From the NCBI GenBank assembly GCA_963666275.2, contig CAXXOA010000002.1, forward strand, positions 1,376,001 through 1,440,000: a DNA stretch of 64,000 nt, in the 5' to 3' direction. This document shows positions 28,664 to 38,860 of the stretch, one piece after another (within the stretch, counting starts at the first letter, position 1; each line of letters starts with the position of its first letter). The stretch is from Oceanispirochaeta sp. Lineage in GTDB: Bacteria; Spirochaetota; Spirochaetia; DSM-2461. The position numbers and the translations under genes were made by a program. The notes below the pieces were generated by a model, which saw nothing but the letters and a program-made list of their open reading frames with translations, did no database searches and was not told the DNA's origin.

Positions 28664-29873
28664 AGCCTCCGGAAATCTGGTTTAATAGGATATAGGGCAG
28701 GTTCCGGGTCAGCTCCTGCCAGAGTCTGTAATTCTCTTCATAAAGAACATACCCTTCCTCCAGTTCTGTCAGGAGGCTCTTATAGGCAGGAGAGCCGGGA
28801 ATCAGATCTGACATATCCGCCGCAGGCAGGTACCTGAGCCGGGGGGAATAGAGACTGTACTGAATCCCCTGTTTCATTAGATAGGATTTGAGGGCGTCTG
28901 TTCTGTAGTCAGGTCCGTAGCTGTTCATGATCACCGGTATGACCCGGCTGACAGGAGGTGCCTCCATTTCCGGCAGAACCGGTATCCGGCTGAGCACACC
29001 CTTCTGTTCGCTATGGTTTTCGGCGGGAAAAAAGAGGTACTGTCTGTCCCGGTCATGGGCAAACTGAAGGGTTTCGCTTTTTTCCCTGAAGTTTCCGCTA
29101 TTCAGCATTCCGGCGTAATACCGGGCTGTCCATTGCAAAGTCTCTTCGGACCAGCTGTAGCCGTAGCGGGATGCCATGATACTGAAAAAGAGTTCCGGAT
29201 TTATCCTGAGGCCTGCAGGGAGAACAAGGGTTCTCTCATCTCCCCGGTCACTGATAATCACACTTCTCAGTTTATAGGAAATCACATCATCCAGATCCAG
29301 CGGATCTGCAGGATGCAGTTCTGTAAAGGTAAAGTCGGGCAGGGGATCTCCCAGCATCTTCAGATGGAGGATTTCGTCCCGGATCCGCTCTTTTTCAAGG
29401 TACACAAGATCCACTTTATGCATTTCCGCCCAGGTTGTAAGAACCTCCCTGTATCCGGGCAGGTCCGGACGGGCCATGACTGTAAAAGTGGTTTTGCTGT
29501 CCCCGATCCCCTCTATACGGAGGCTCAGAGGGCTGCTGTAGAGGTCGGGCCCCGACTGGAGTGTCCACTGATCCCTCCCGGAGTAGACTAGGGTGCTTGC
29601 ATCCAGGCGGTCTTTCAGATCCTCTCCCTCCAGAAGGATCTCTCCCGCATCGGTGCGGATCCTCAGTGCATCCCAGCGTCTCATCAAAGGGGCCAGTTCC
29701 CGCAAAGGGATTCCCTTCTCTCTGAAGACGCCCTCGGCCCGGGGGATCAGAAAGCCTTCCAGAGCTTCAGCGGAATAGTGCTGCCAGAGCTCTCCGTTCA
29801 GATAGACATCCAGGGCGGGAAGGATACTCATGGGGAGTAAAAACAGTAGTAGAAGAAGCATTCCCTTTTTCAT
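28653..29873 (-). CDS. Exported hypothetical protein
   Basis: 406 aa with signal peptide MKKGMLLLLLF...; no family recognised. Confidence 0.7.
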   Translation of the reverse strand: MKKGMLLLLLFLLPMSILPALDVYLNGELWQHYSAEALEGFLIPRAEGVFREKGIPLRELAPLMRRWDALRIRTDAGEILLEGEDLKDRLDASTLVYSGRDQWTLQSGPDLYSSPLSLRIEGIGDSKTTFTVMARPDLPGYREVLTTWAEMHKVDLVYLEKERIRDEILHLKMLGDPLPDFTFTELHPADPLDLDDVISYKLRSVIISDRGDERTLVLPAGLRINPELFFSIMASRYGYSWSEETLQWTARYYAGMLNSGNFREKSETLQFAHDRDRQYLFFPAENHSEQKGVLSRIPVLPEMEAPPVSRVIPVIMNSYGPDYRTDALKSYLMKQGIQYSLYSPRLRYLPAADMSDLIPGSPAYKSLLTELEEGYVLYEENYRLWQELTRNLPYILLNQISGGCDE

Positions 29874-29971
29874 CAGTTTCGATTGTATCCTTTCCCAGAG
29901 TGGCTGGCAAGTACAGTTTTTCCGCCTCCCGGCTCCAGGGGCGCCGATTCTCTGGAAAAATCAGGCCTTTT

Positions 29972-31342
29972 ATGGTACAAACGGCTATGGCGTCTTCTTC
30001 CCGTCCTCATGCGGTACTAATAAATCCTCCTGTCTATGATTTTGCCCTCTATGATCTCTATCTGAAGCCCTATGGTCTTTTACGGATTGGCAGATGGCTC
30101 AGAGAGGCAGGTTACCAGGTGACTCATATCAATGCTCTCCAGTACGATGAGCCTGAAACAGAGCAGGCTCTGGGCAGGGTTATGAGGAAGAGGGACGGCA
30201 CCGGGAAGTTTTTCAGACAGCATGAGCCCTATCCTGAAAATCTGTTTTCAATTCCCCGCAGCTTTGCCCGTTACGGGATCCTCCGGGAGGTTTTCAGAAA
30301 GAAACTCCGCAGCCTGCCGACGCCGCCCGATCTGATCCTCATAACGACAGGCATGACCTACTGGTACAAGGGGGTGCAGGAAGCTGCCGGACTCTGCCGG
30401 GAGCTTTATCCCGATGTGCCTCTGGGTGTGGGAGGAGTCTATGCCACTCTGATGGAGGAGCACTGCCGGAAAGCTGTGTCTCCCGATTTTATCACTTCCG
30501 GAAGTATCTGGCCGGGGATTGTGCCGGAGCTTGAAAAAAGGGGGCTTCCCGTACCGGGGTCTCCTCCTCCGGAAGAACCGGATACGGATGATCCTGTCTG
30601 GAGAGGCAGCGGAGTACTCCGGCTCAATGAGGGCTGCCCCTTTCACTGCGACTACTGTGCCTCCAATCTGCTCTCTCCCTCGTTCTGCGGCGGAGAGGCC
30701 TCCCGGGCGGTGCAGGTTCTGGAAAAGATGGTTTCCCGATGGGGAACCCGGAATTTCGCTTTTTACGATGATGCCCTCCTTGTGAATAAAAAGAAGGTCT
30801 TTCATCCCTTTCTGGAAGAGGTCATTGCTCTGGACAGGAATCTGAAATTCTATAATCCCAATGCCCTTCATATCCGCTATCTGGATGAAGAGACCCTGAG
30901 GCTTATGATCCGGGCGGGTTTTCAGGAGATCCGTCTGGGCTTCGAGAGTGCGGATGACACCTTTCATGAACAGAAAGATGCCAAGGTGACGATGGATGTC
31001 TTCGCCCGGGCGGTGGATGCCCTGAAGGCTTCGGGTTTTCCTCTGAACAGAGCGGCTGTCTATATCCTGGCGGGACTGCCCGGACAGAGTCGGGAAGAGG
31101 TGGAACAGTCCATCCGCTATGCCGCCCGTTTCGGACTGCGCTGCCGTATCGCCCAGTATTCTCCAGTTCCGGGAACAGCGCTGTGGCAGGAGAGTCTAAA
31201 ACACAGCAGGTTCCCCCTGGAAGAGGAACCTCTGTATCATAACAATACCTTTTTCTCCATGGAGTGGGAGGGGTTTACCAGGCAGAACCTGGAAGACCTC
31301 AAAGCTCTGACCCTCTCACTCTATCAGAAGTCATCAGTGTAG
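29972..31342 (+). CDS. B12-binding-domain radical SAM protein
   Basis: LINPP..DFA, PYGLL, GGVYATL, GCPFHCDYC (CxxxCxxC), FYDD, GFES. The start is uncertain (29900, 29972 or 29987). Confidence 0.88.
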   Translation: MVQTAMASSSRPHAVLINPPVYDFALYDLYLKPYGLLRIGRWLREAGYQVTHINALQYDEPETEQALGRVMRKRDGTGKFFRQHEPYPENLFSIPRSFARYGILREVFRKKLRSLPTPPDLILITTGMTYWYKGVQEAAGLCRELYPDVPLGVGGVYATLMEEHCRKAVSPDFITSGSIWPGIVPELEKRGLPVPGSPPPEEPDTDDPVWRGSGVLRLNEGCPFHCDYCASNLLSPSFCGGEASRAVQVLEKMVSRWGTRNFAFYDDALLVNKKKVFHPFLEEVIALDRNLKFYNPNALHIRYLDEETLRLMIRAGFQEIRLGFESADDTFHEQKDAKVTMDVFARAVDALKASGFPLNRAAVYILAGLPGQSREEVEQSIRYAARFGLRCRIAQYSPVPGTALWQESLKHSRFPLEEEPLYHNNTFFSMEWEGFTRQNLEDLKALTLSLYQKSSV

Positions 31343-32380
31343 GAAGCTGTCCATGGCGTTTTCCGGTTTCAGCTCTCTGTTGAGAATATCGTAAACCAGA
31401 CGGATAATCGGCAGCTTCAGGTTATGTTTCTCACCCAGCTGCATGGCATGGCGGGCGGCTACAGCCCCTTCGGGAAGGTATCCAATCGATCCTATATTTG
31501 CAATCAGGTCGTCAATACCTGAAAAATTCTCGTGAATTCTTTTCAGAATGATCTCCCGTCCGAAACGTCTGTTCCGGCCGTGGATGGACCGGCAGGTTAC
31601 ATCCAGATCTCCCACTCCGGCAATGGACGTGAATGTTTCGGGATGGGTTGATCCCAGAGCTTTTCCCAGCAGCTGTATTTCGTTGAGACCTGCGGCAAAC
31701 AGGAAGGATTCCGTATTGTCTCCCACACTGGATGTGGTTTCCTTCAGGGCATCCAGGATCCCGAAGGCAATGGCGATCACGTTTTTTACCGCCGCACTGG
31801 TCTGGACTCCCACGATGTCCAGTGAAGAGAAAAGCCTGGTGTAGGGAGAACTCAGAAGCTCTCTGAACTCAATGGAGTTCCGGGGATTCTGGGAGGCGCT
31901 TATCAGACCGGTGATTTTTTCGGCACCGATCTCTTCCGCATGGCTGGGTCCTGATATGTAGACCAGGTTTCCTTTATAGGAACCGGGCAGGTAGTTTTCC
32001 ATTGTTTCCAGAATAAACTGTGCCCCGTTTTTTCCGGGAACAAATCCCTTGGTAATAGTGGCAATCTGGGATTCCCCTTCGATGATGGAGGGAACAGAGA
32101 GAATCTGTTTCAGAGTATCTACCAGAAAGAGAGACGGTGTGGCCAGTATGAGATAGTCCTTTCCGTCCGCCGCTTCTCTGATGTCGCTGGTGGCCCGGAT
32201 CGTTTCCGGAAGCTTCACTCCCGGCAGAAACTGGCAGTTCTCCCTTTTATTGTTGATATCATTGGTACCTTCTTCGGTGAAGCTCCAGATTGTCACAGGG
32301 TTGCCTTTCTGTCCCAGTGTTTTTGCCAGGGCCGTACCAAAGGCTCCGGCTCCGATAATACCTACATTTTTCTCTTTCAT
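31334..32380 (-). CDS. gpsA: NAD(P)H-dependent glycerol-3-phosphate dehydrogenase
   Basis: GAGAFGTALA, SGPSHAEE, KNVIAIA.G, GVGDLDVTC, RNRRFG. Confidence 0.95.
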   Translation of the reverse strand: MKEKNVGIIGAGAFGTALAKTLGQKGNPVTIWSFTEEGTNDINNKRENCQFLPGVKLPETIRATSDIREAADGKDYLILATPSLFLVDTLKQILSVPSIIEGESQIATITKGFVPGKNGAQFILETMENYLPGSYKGNLVYISGPSHAEEIGAEKITGLISASQNPRNSIEFRELLSSPYTRLFSSLDIVGVQTSAAVKNVIAIAFGILDALKETTSSVGDNTESFLFAAGLNEIQLLGKALGSTHPETFTSIAGVGDLDVTCRSIHGRNRRFGREIILKRIHENFSGIDDLIANIGSIGYLPEGAVAARHAMQLGEKHNLKLPIIRLVYDILNRELKPENAMDSFLH

Positions 32381-32390
32381 GATAATTTCC

Positions 32391-33119
32391 TTATTTCTTA
32401 AAAGTCACTGAATAGAAGAGTTCCCGGTCGTGCAGCAGCAGGTCCAGCAACGGAACCTCCACCTCCCAGAGCCTTGCTCCGGAAAGAGTCCCTCCCGTGT
32501 GGGATGTGATATCACCGCTGGTAAGAAGGGAAAGGCTCAGAGAGGCTCTCTCTATTCTTGTCTTCAGGTCCTGCTGATTTCCTGAGAATCTGTCCTCGAA
32601 CAGAAACTGAAGCATATCTATATATTCCATTCTGCTAATGGTTTTTTCGGGTAGAAAATACTGAAATCCCGGATCCTGAAGGACCGGAAACAGTCTGAAA
32701 AGTTCTGAAAAGTTGTCCTGGTTGATTCGGATTGAAAGGGTACTGTCCCTGCTGTTCTCTTCGAAAAGAGCGATGGAGCCTGCGGTTCCGTCCCTGTGGT
32801 AGAAGAGTTCCTCTATGCCCCGGAAGTTCAGTCCGCCCTGATAGAGGCCTTCCCCGGGAGAAGATACCACCACGTTAGCAAAGTAGGGATTCTTTCTCAG
32901 TTCGACCGCAATGCTGTCGGGGTCCATAGGGGAGAGTCCCCCTTCGGAGGGACTGCTCAGGTCTGTCAGATCCTGAAGCGTGGAAAGATAGAAATCCTCC
33001 AGCATAATCCGTCCGGTCACCCGTCCTGATCCATTGCTGTTCAGCTGAATCTGCTGCTGGACAGAACAGGATCCGAGAATAACCGGAAAAAAGAGCAGGA
33101 ATAGGAACTTTCTCTTCAA
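32391..33119 (-). CDS. Hypothetical lipoprotein
   Basis: Lipobox ILGSC; TTG start behind GGAGG. Confidence 0.72.
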   Translation of the reverse strand: MKRKFLFLLFFPVILGSCSVQQQIQLNSNGSGRVTGRIMLEDFYLSTLQDLTDLSSPSEGGLSPMDPDSIAVELRKNPYFANVVVSSPGEGLYQGGLNFRGIEELFYHRDGTAGSIALFEENSRDSTLSIRINQDNFSELFRLFPVLQDPGFQYFLPEKTISRMEYIDMLQFLFEDRFSGNQQDLKTRIERASLSLSLLTSGDITSHTGGTLSGARLWEVEVPLLDLLLHDRELFYSVTFKK

Positions 33120-33339
33120 AAAAACCTCCGTGGAAAAACAAATTTCCCGTTTCGATCTGATAGGTTATACTAAACAGAGTCTTAAGAAAAGGGCTGGTTA
33201 CAGTTGGTCCGGGAAAACCCTTCTGTTTTTGCCCGGCCGGAACGGCCGATCTCCCGGGAAATTTTATATATAAGTCAGGCTCTTTTATCCTTCGGGATTT
33301 CTATAATATAATAAGCCATCATAAGCTTGAGGAAAATTC

Positions 33340-34239
33340 ATGGATATACGTGAGCTCCAGCTCTTTCTGAAATTGGCAGAAACACTGCACTATACCAGGA
33401 CCAGTCACCTGATGGCGATCAGTCCGTCTGCTTTGAGCCGGACGATCCAGCGGATGGAAGACCACGTAGGTCAGAAGCTTTTTTTCCGTGACAACCGGGG
33501 CGTTATTCTCACACCGGCGGGGCAGCGTTTCAGAGAGTATGCCCTCAAGGTGATTGAGAACTGGCAGTCTCTTCAGAATGACCTTTCCGAAGATGATAAC
33601 GAAGTCAAAGGAGACCTCAGGGTCTACAGTTCCGTCACAGGCTGTTATTCCATACTTCCCGAACTGCTCAGGCAGTGCCGTAAAAGTTATCCCGGTATCC
33701 ATATTATTCTGAAAACAGGTTCGGCCGCCGATGCGGTGTCGGCTATGGTCAACGGACTCTCCGATATTTCTGTGGCTGCAGAGCCGGATGTGCTGCCGGA
33801 AAATCTCCTTTTCCTCAATGTAACGGAAACACCTCTACAGCTGGTAGTCTCCTCCATGGAGTGTGAAATCAGCGACTATATGAAGAAACATCTGAAAAAG
33901 TGGTATGAGCTGCCCCTGATCCTTCCGGAGAAGGGCCTGGCCAGGAAAAGGCTGGACCGTTTTTTCCGGAGCAGGGATATCCTTCCCGATATCTACGCGG
34001 AAGCCAATGGAAATGAAGCGATCCTGGCACTGGTAAGCCTCGGCTTTGGCGTGGGAATTGTCCCCTCTCTGGTCCGGGAGCTCAGCCCCATGAAGGATAA
34101 TCTGAAGGTCCTGGATGAAGATCTGGGGCTTGAACCCTACAAAGTAGGACTTTGTGTCAACAGGAGAAACAGTCAGACACCGGTGGTCAGAGCTTTCACG
34201 TCCCTGATAGAGACAATCTCCCTGGAGGAGACACGGTGA
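33340..34239 (+). CDS. ilvY: LysR-type regulator, IlvY-like
   Basis: MDIRELQLFL.LAE.LH...SPSALSR.IQR...FRDNR, SVTGCYSILP, GNEAILALVSLG.GVG match IlvY. Confidence 0.8.
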   Translation: MDIRELQLFLKLAETLHYTRTSHLMAISPSALSRTIQRMEDHVGQKLFFRDNRGVILTPAGQRFREYALKVIENWQSLQNDLSEDDNEVKGDLRVYSSVTGCYSILPELLRQCRKSYPGIHIILKTGSAADAVSAMVNGLSDISVAAEPDVLPENLLFLNVTETPLQLVVSSMECEISDYMKKHLKKWYELPLILPEKGLARKRLDRFFRSRDILPDIYAEANGNEAILALVSLGFGVGIVPSLVRELSPMKDNLKVLDEDLGLEPYKVGLCVNRRNSQTPVVRAFTSLIETISLEETR

Positions 34240-35249
34240 TCGGAACTGATGAAAAGCGGCTTCAGATTATGAAGATCCTCAGCGAAGGGGATCAGCCCCT
34301 TTCAAGCCAGGTCATTAAAGAACGGCTCAAAGAGCGGGGCACCGATATGAGCGAAAGGACCGTCAGGTTTCATATGCTCGCTCTGGACAAGGCGGGGCTG
34401 ACCGAATACAGGGAGAAAAAGGGCCGTTACCTTACTCCCATGGGGCTGCGGGAGCTGGCCCGCTCCCAGGTTTATGAACGGGTGGGCTTTCTGTCGGCCC
34501 GGATCGATGAGCTCTCCTATCAGATGGATTTCGACTGGAAGAACCGCAGGGGGACTGTTCTGCTCAATGTGAGTCTGATTCCCCTTGAAAACAGCTCTGT
34601 TGTCTATCATCAGATGGCGCCTATTTTTGAATCGGGCCTTACCATGGGGCGGCTGATTGCCGTTTTCAGACCGGGAGAAAAAGTGGGGGAGACAGAGATT
34701 CCTCCGGGCTATTTCGGCCTGGGAACCGTCTGTTCCATCACCCTCAACGGAGTGCTGCTGAGCGAAGGAATTCCTATCAAATCCCTTTTCGGAGGGCTGC
34801 TTGAAATTTCAGGAAACCGTCCTGACAGATTCGCCGCCATTATCAACTATGACGGTACCAGTCTGGATCCTCTTGAAATTTTCATAAGCAGCGGAATGAC
34901 AAGATGCAAGGCCGCGGCCGAAGCGGGATACGGCACCATCGGCGCCAGTTTCAGAGAGATCCCCTCGTCCAGTCTGGAAGAGGTTGTGGATATCAATACC
35001 CATCTTACCGAAATGGGCCTGGGAGGCATCCTGAAAATCGGCTATACAGGCCACTCTCTCCTGGATATTCCCGTAGCGGACGGGAGAATCGGTATGATAA
35101 CCGCAGGGGGGCTCAACTCAGTGTCCTCTCTGGTTGAGTCGGGCATCCCCGTTAAATCCAAAGCCCTTTCGGGGCTGATTGAGTTTGACCGTCTGATCTC
35201 CTATGAAGACCTCTATCAGGAGCTTCAGGATATCCGGAGCAGCTATTAA
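34236..35249 (+). CDS. nrpR: NrpR-family nitrogen regulator (wHTH + one DUF128/NRD domain)
   Basis: SERTVRFH wHTH, GTVCSITLNG, YDGTSLDPLEIFI, GASFRE, GGLN. The GTG start overlaps the ilvY stop (GTGA). Confidence 0.82.
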   Translation: MIGTDEKRLQIMKILSEGDQPLSSQVIKERLKERGTDMSERTVRFHMLALDKAGLTEYREKKGRYLTPMGLRELARSQVYERVGFLSARIDELSYQMDFDWKNRRGTVLLNVSLIPLENSSVVYHQMAPIFESGLTMGRLIAVFRPGEKVGETEIPPGYFGLGTVCSITLNGVLLSEGIPIKSLFGGLLEISGNRPDRFAAIINYDGTSLDPLEIFISSGMTRCKAAAEAGYGTIGASFREIPSSSLEEVVDINTHLTEMGLGGILKIGYTGHSLLDIPVADGRIGMITAGGLNSVSSLVESGIPVKSKALSGLIEFDRLISYEDLYQELQDIRSSY

Positions 35250-35255
35250 AAGCTG

Positions 35256-37130
35256 TCAGAGGTTTTCGGAATCTTCAAATTCCGGGGCCCGGGGTATGAG
35301 TTCCCGGATTTCTCCTGTTTCCAGGTGGGGTAGGCTTCTGTGAAGTCCTGCGGGGAGTCCTTCCGTCCAGGTTTGTGAAATCTGGAGAGTATCCCCATGG
35401 GATATGAGGAGAATCACCTCGCCTGAGTACTCTTCCTCCAGCTGCCGGATCAGAACCCGGATACGCTCCTGTACCTCTTCGGGGCTTTCCACTCCATAGT
35501 CACTGTTCCTGTCGTTTTTCTCATCCAGCTGCCAGACCACTTCGTAATAGATGTCCTCCCGCTTCTCATAGCGGCCGAAAAACCTTTCTCTCAGCAGGGG
35601 AGAGGTCCGGGGCGGTCTGGTTCCCAGTTTTCGGCTGACAACCTGGGCGGTCTCCCGGGTTCTCAGAAAGTCCGATGCAATGATGACTGTGTCATGATCC
35701 AGAAATGTCTGATGCTCCAGGGACTCCTCTATCTGTCTGGTTCCCTCTTCTGTCAGGCCGTAGCTGTTCAGTCCGTTGGAGAAGTGACTGACGATGATCC
35801 CCTCCCTGTTGGCTTCGCTTTTGCCGTGACGCATGATAAAATAGCGGTTCTGCCACTGTCCGGGGATAGCAAAGTAGTTTTCCAGAGCCTCTTCCAGGGT
35901 GGGAATGGGTGTTTCCTTCCGCTGGCTGTAGGGACGCCGTCTGAGAACGGAGTTGATAATGTACCGGGTGCTCCGGGGCCTGTGGGCCTGAAGCCTCTCC
36001 TTGTAGAAAGCCTCGAGCTTTTCCGTACAGTTGGTCAGGGAGTATGCGTCCGCTTTCTGACGGGCCTCGCCTTTTTTTCTGGCATAGAGCTCTGCATTTT
36101 CCATGAGATCCACCACGGTATGGGCAAAAGCCTGCGTATCATGGGGAACAGGAAAGCCTCCTTTACCGTCGATCATAAGATCACCGATTCCCAGAGCATC
36201 CACCACCACAGCGGGAATTCCCGAAGCCATGGCTTCCAGAAGGACCAGACCCTGGGTTTCCGTTAATGAGGCAAACACAAACAGATCGGACTGATGGAAA
36301 ATCTCCATGACCTCATGGTGGGGAAGAAATCCTGTGAATGTCACATATCCCGCCAGTCCTGTTTTTTCTGCCTGAGCTTCCAGCTCCTTTCTGGCGGCGC
36401 CGTCTCCCACCAGGATCAGATGGTAGTCGGTCCTTTTCATTTTATGAATTATTATATCCAGCATTTCCAGCAGGAAAGGGACGTTTTTCTCTTTCACAAC
36501 CCTTCCGGCATAGACCAGGACTTTCCGCTCCTGGGGGATCTGATACTTCTGATGGAGTTCCCGGCTTCCCAATCCGGAAAAATTCTCCGTCCTGATTCCC
36601 GAGGGAATGATGTTGATGGGTACCCGGGTCCCGTACTGGATCAGGGCATCCCGGATTTTGCCTGTGGGAGCTACAATCCCGTCGCAGCGGTTGCAGAAAA
36701 GTGCGGAGAACTTTTCTGCGGTTACTTTTGTATACCGGGAGCCCAGGGGGACATAATGCACATAGTCTGGCCAGAAGGTGTGGTAGGTATGAATATGGGG
36801 AATCTTCAGGTACCGGCTGATGGGGACGGATTTCAGACCCATGGATCCCGGGTCGTGAGAGTGGATCAGGTCGATACCCAGTTCCCGCATTTTATGTATG
36901 ATCGAACCGAACCCCTTGGTCAGCTGAAATTCCTTGATCGCTTTGAAGGGATACCCCGAAGAGGCAAAGCGGATCACATTGCCGTCGGATGTCTGGGTGC
37001 CGCTGAAATCGGGAGCAAACACATAGACTTCGTGTCCCATCCGGGTCAGTTCTTCCGCGGACAGCCTGATTGATGTCACCACCCCGTTGATCTGGGGGGT
37101 GTAGGTATCGGTCATCATTGCAATTTTCAT
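35256..37130 (-). CDS. GT4 glycosyltransferase (monoglycosyl-DAG synthase-like) fused to a histidine-phosphatase domain
   Basis: N-terminal TDTY.PQINGVVTS, HTYHT, GR..KEKN, ETQGLVLLEAMA; C-terminal RHGKSEAN, SDFLRT.ETA, ISHGD. Confidence 0.88.
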   Translation of the reverse strand: MKIAMMTDTYTPQINGVVTSIRLSAEELTRMGHEVYVFAPDFSGTQTSDGNVIRFASSGYPFKAIKEFQLTKGFGSIIHKMRELGIDLIHSHDPGSMGLKSVPISRYLKIPHIHTYHTFWPDYVHYVPLGSRYTKVTAEKFSALFCNRCDGIVAPTGKIRDALIQYGTRVPINIIPSGIRTENFSGLGSRELHQKYQIPQERKVLVYAGRVVKEKNVPFLLEMLDIIIHKMKRTDYHLILVGDGAARKELEAQAEKTGLAGYVTFTGFLPHHEVMEIFHQSDLFVFASLTETQGLVLLEAMASGIPAVVVDALGIGDLMIDGKGGFPVPHDTQAFAHTVVDLMENAELYARKKGEARQKADAYSLTNCTEKLEAFYKERLQAHRPRSTRYIINSVLRRRPYSQRKETPIPTLEEALENYFAIPGQWQNRYFIMRHGKSEANREGIIVSHFSNGLNSYGLTEEGTRQIEESLEHQTFLDHDTVIIASDFLRTRETAQVVSRKLGTRPPRTSPLLRERFFGRYEKREDIYYEVVWQLDEKNDRNSDYGVESPEEVQERIRVLIRQLEEEYSGEVILLISHGDTLQISQTWTEGLPAGLHRSLPHLETGEIRELIPRAPEFEDSENL

Positions 37131-37220
37131 GGGCAGCTCTCTTCTGTGATGTTCATTGTGCTCATTATACAGGGACGGACCTGCTTCTGTGTTATTTTTC
37201 TGTCAGAAATCCGGGAGTTT

Positions 37221-38597
37221 TCAGTAGGCGTTTTTGTTGATGAACCCCTTGATCACAGTGAGGAGAAGAATCTTTATATCCAGGAAGAAGGTCCAGTTTC
37301 GTATGTAATACATATCGAACTCGATCCTCTTTTCAAGGCTCGTATTGCCTCTCCATCCGTTTACCTGGGCCCATCCTGTAATCCCCGCAGGCATTTTATG
37401 ACGGAGCATGTAACCGGGGACTTCATCTTTCAGAGTCTCAATGAGCTCGGGTCTTTCGGGCCGGGGACCTACAAGGCTCATATCCCCTTTGAATACATTC
37501 CACAGCTGGGGCAGCTCGTCGATGGATGTTTTACGCAGAAACGTTCCGAATTTGGTCCGTCGGGGATCATTTTCCACTGTCCAGGTAAAACCCTCTTCCT
37601 TGTCGGCATTCTGTTTCATGGAACGGAACTTCCACATTTTGAAGATCCTTCCGTTGGTTGTCATCCTCTCCTGGCTGTAGAACACAGGGCCCGGCGAGGT
37701 CACTTTGACAAGCAGGCTCACCAGAAGAAGGAAGGGCGAGAGCAGGAGCAGTCCCGTTCCGGAACCGAAAATATCCAGGAGCCTTTTGGAGATTAGCGCA
37801 AAGTGTCCCATTGTGGGGGTATTGATATTGATCAGGGGGACTCCCTGGAAATCCTCAACCCTGGCTCCCAGGAGGGTGTAGTTCAGCTGGGGAATCAGAA
37901 CAATGGGAGTGACCTGGTTGTAGTGGGTTTTTATAAATTTCTCCTGACGTCTTACCAGCTCTCCCGAGTATCCCAGGACGATGTAGCTGGGAAGGAGCTC
38001 TTCAACAGCTTTATCAATATCCTTTTCTTCATAGGAGGGTATATTCAATTCCTGGGCTTTGCCGTTGGAGTCTGCCCATCCTACAATGGTCATGCCGTGC
38101 ATGGGGGATTCCACCACCTTCCTGACAAAACGTTCCATATGGGAACCCTGGCCGATGATAAAAAGGCGGGAAATATTCTTCCCCTTGATCTTTTCCATTA
38201 TCAGGTGATTACGGAAGGCGATCCTGTTGGTTGTTAGAAAGGTCTGATTAAAGAAGAAGAACAGAAGCAGAGTCAGCCGGGAGAGTCTGTCCGACTGGAT
38301 ATTATAAGCTGTGAGTATAAACAGTAGCAGGATCTGGAAGTTCAGAATCAGAAGGCCTGAAAAATCTTTATGCCAGGCATGGAGATTGCTGCTTGTGTAA
38401 AATCTTTCTCTATAGAGAAGAACCGCGGCGACGGCTATGGGAAAGGGCGTCAGCGCCAGGAAGTGATAGAACTGTTCCAGATTTCTGGTGAGGATAATAA
38501 ACCGGATGGTGATGGAGAGGATCCAGGAGAATCCCACAATGATAACATCCAGCAGAAAATGGAGAAATAAGAATGTTTTGGTCTGTTGGTTCAGCAT
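37221..38597 (-). CDS. Undecaprenyl-phosphate glucose phosphotransferase (WcaJ-like)
   Basis: [53 protein letters not shown]. Confidence 0.92.
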   Translation of the reverse strand: MLNQQTKTFLFLHFLLDVIIVGFSWILSITIRFIILTRNLEQFYHFLALTPFPIAVAAVLLYRERFYTSSNLHAWHKDFSGLLILNFQILLLFILTAYNIQSDRLSRLTLLLFFFFNQTFLTTNRIAFRNHLIMEKIKGKNISRLFIIGQGSHMERFVRKVVESPMHGMTIVGWADSNGKAQELNIPSYEEKDIDKAVEELLPSYIVLGYSGELVRRQEKFIKTHYNQVTPIVLIPQLNYTLLGARVEDFQGVPLININTPTMGHFALISKRLLDIFGSGTGLLLLSPFLLLVSLLVKVTSPGPVFYSQERMTTNGRIFKMWKFRSMKQNADKEEGFTWTVENDPRRTKFGTFLRKTSIDELPQLWNVFKGDMSLVGPRPERPELIETLKDEVPGYMLRHKMPAGITGWAQVNGWRGNTSLEKRIEFDMYYIRNWTFFLDIKILLLTVIKGFINKNAY

Positions 38598-38785
38598 ATG
38601 TAAATTCAGTTTCCTATTGGTTATAGGGCCGGACCGGTGAATCTTTGTCCCGCCTTAATTAAATTAACATGGAAACAGGGCAAATGTGTTACAAAAAATA
38701 TGAACTTTCCTTGAATTTTACCCAACTTATACTTTTCGGTAGCAGAAATGATTAGATAAATAATCATGTATTTATTCTTTAATCC

Positions 38786-38813
38786 GTAACATTTCATAAA
38801 CACTCTCTTAACA
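38786..38813 (+). promoter_or_regulatory. Pho-box-like 11-bp direct repeats
   Basis: GTAACA (38786), TAAACA (38797) and TTAACA (38808) at exact 11-bp period upstream of alkaline phosphatase. Confidence 0.6.
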
Positions 38814-38860
38814 GGAGGGTTTTAACCTTTATGTTAATTACGATTCTAATGGAGTGTGAA

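Noticed and set aside
33120..33339. NrpR operator upstream of ilvY-nrpR
   Set aside because: Only GGAA-N8-TTCC was found, not the archaeal N6 spacing, and it overlaps the RBS region of the divergent gene.
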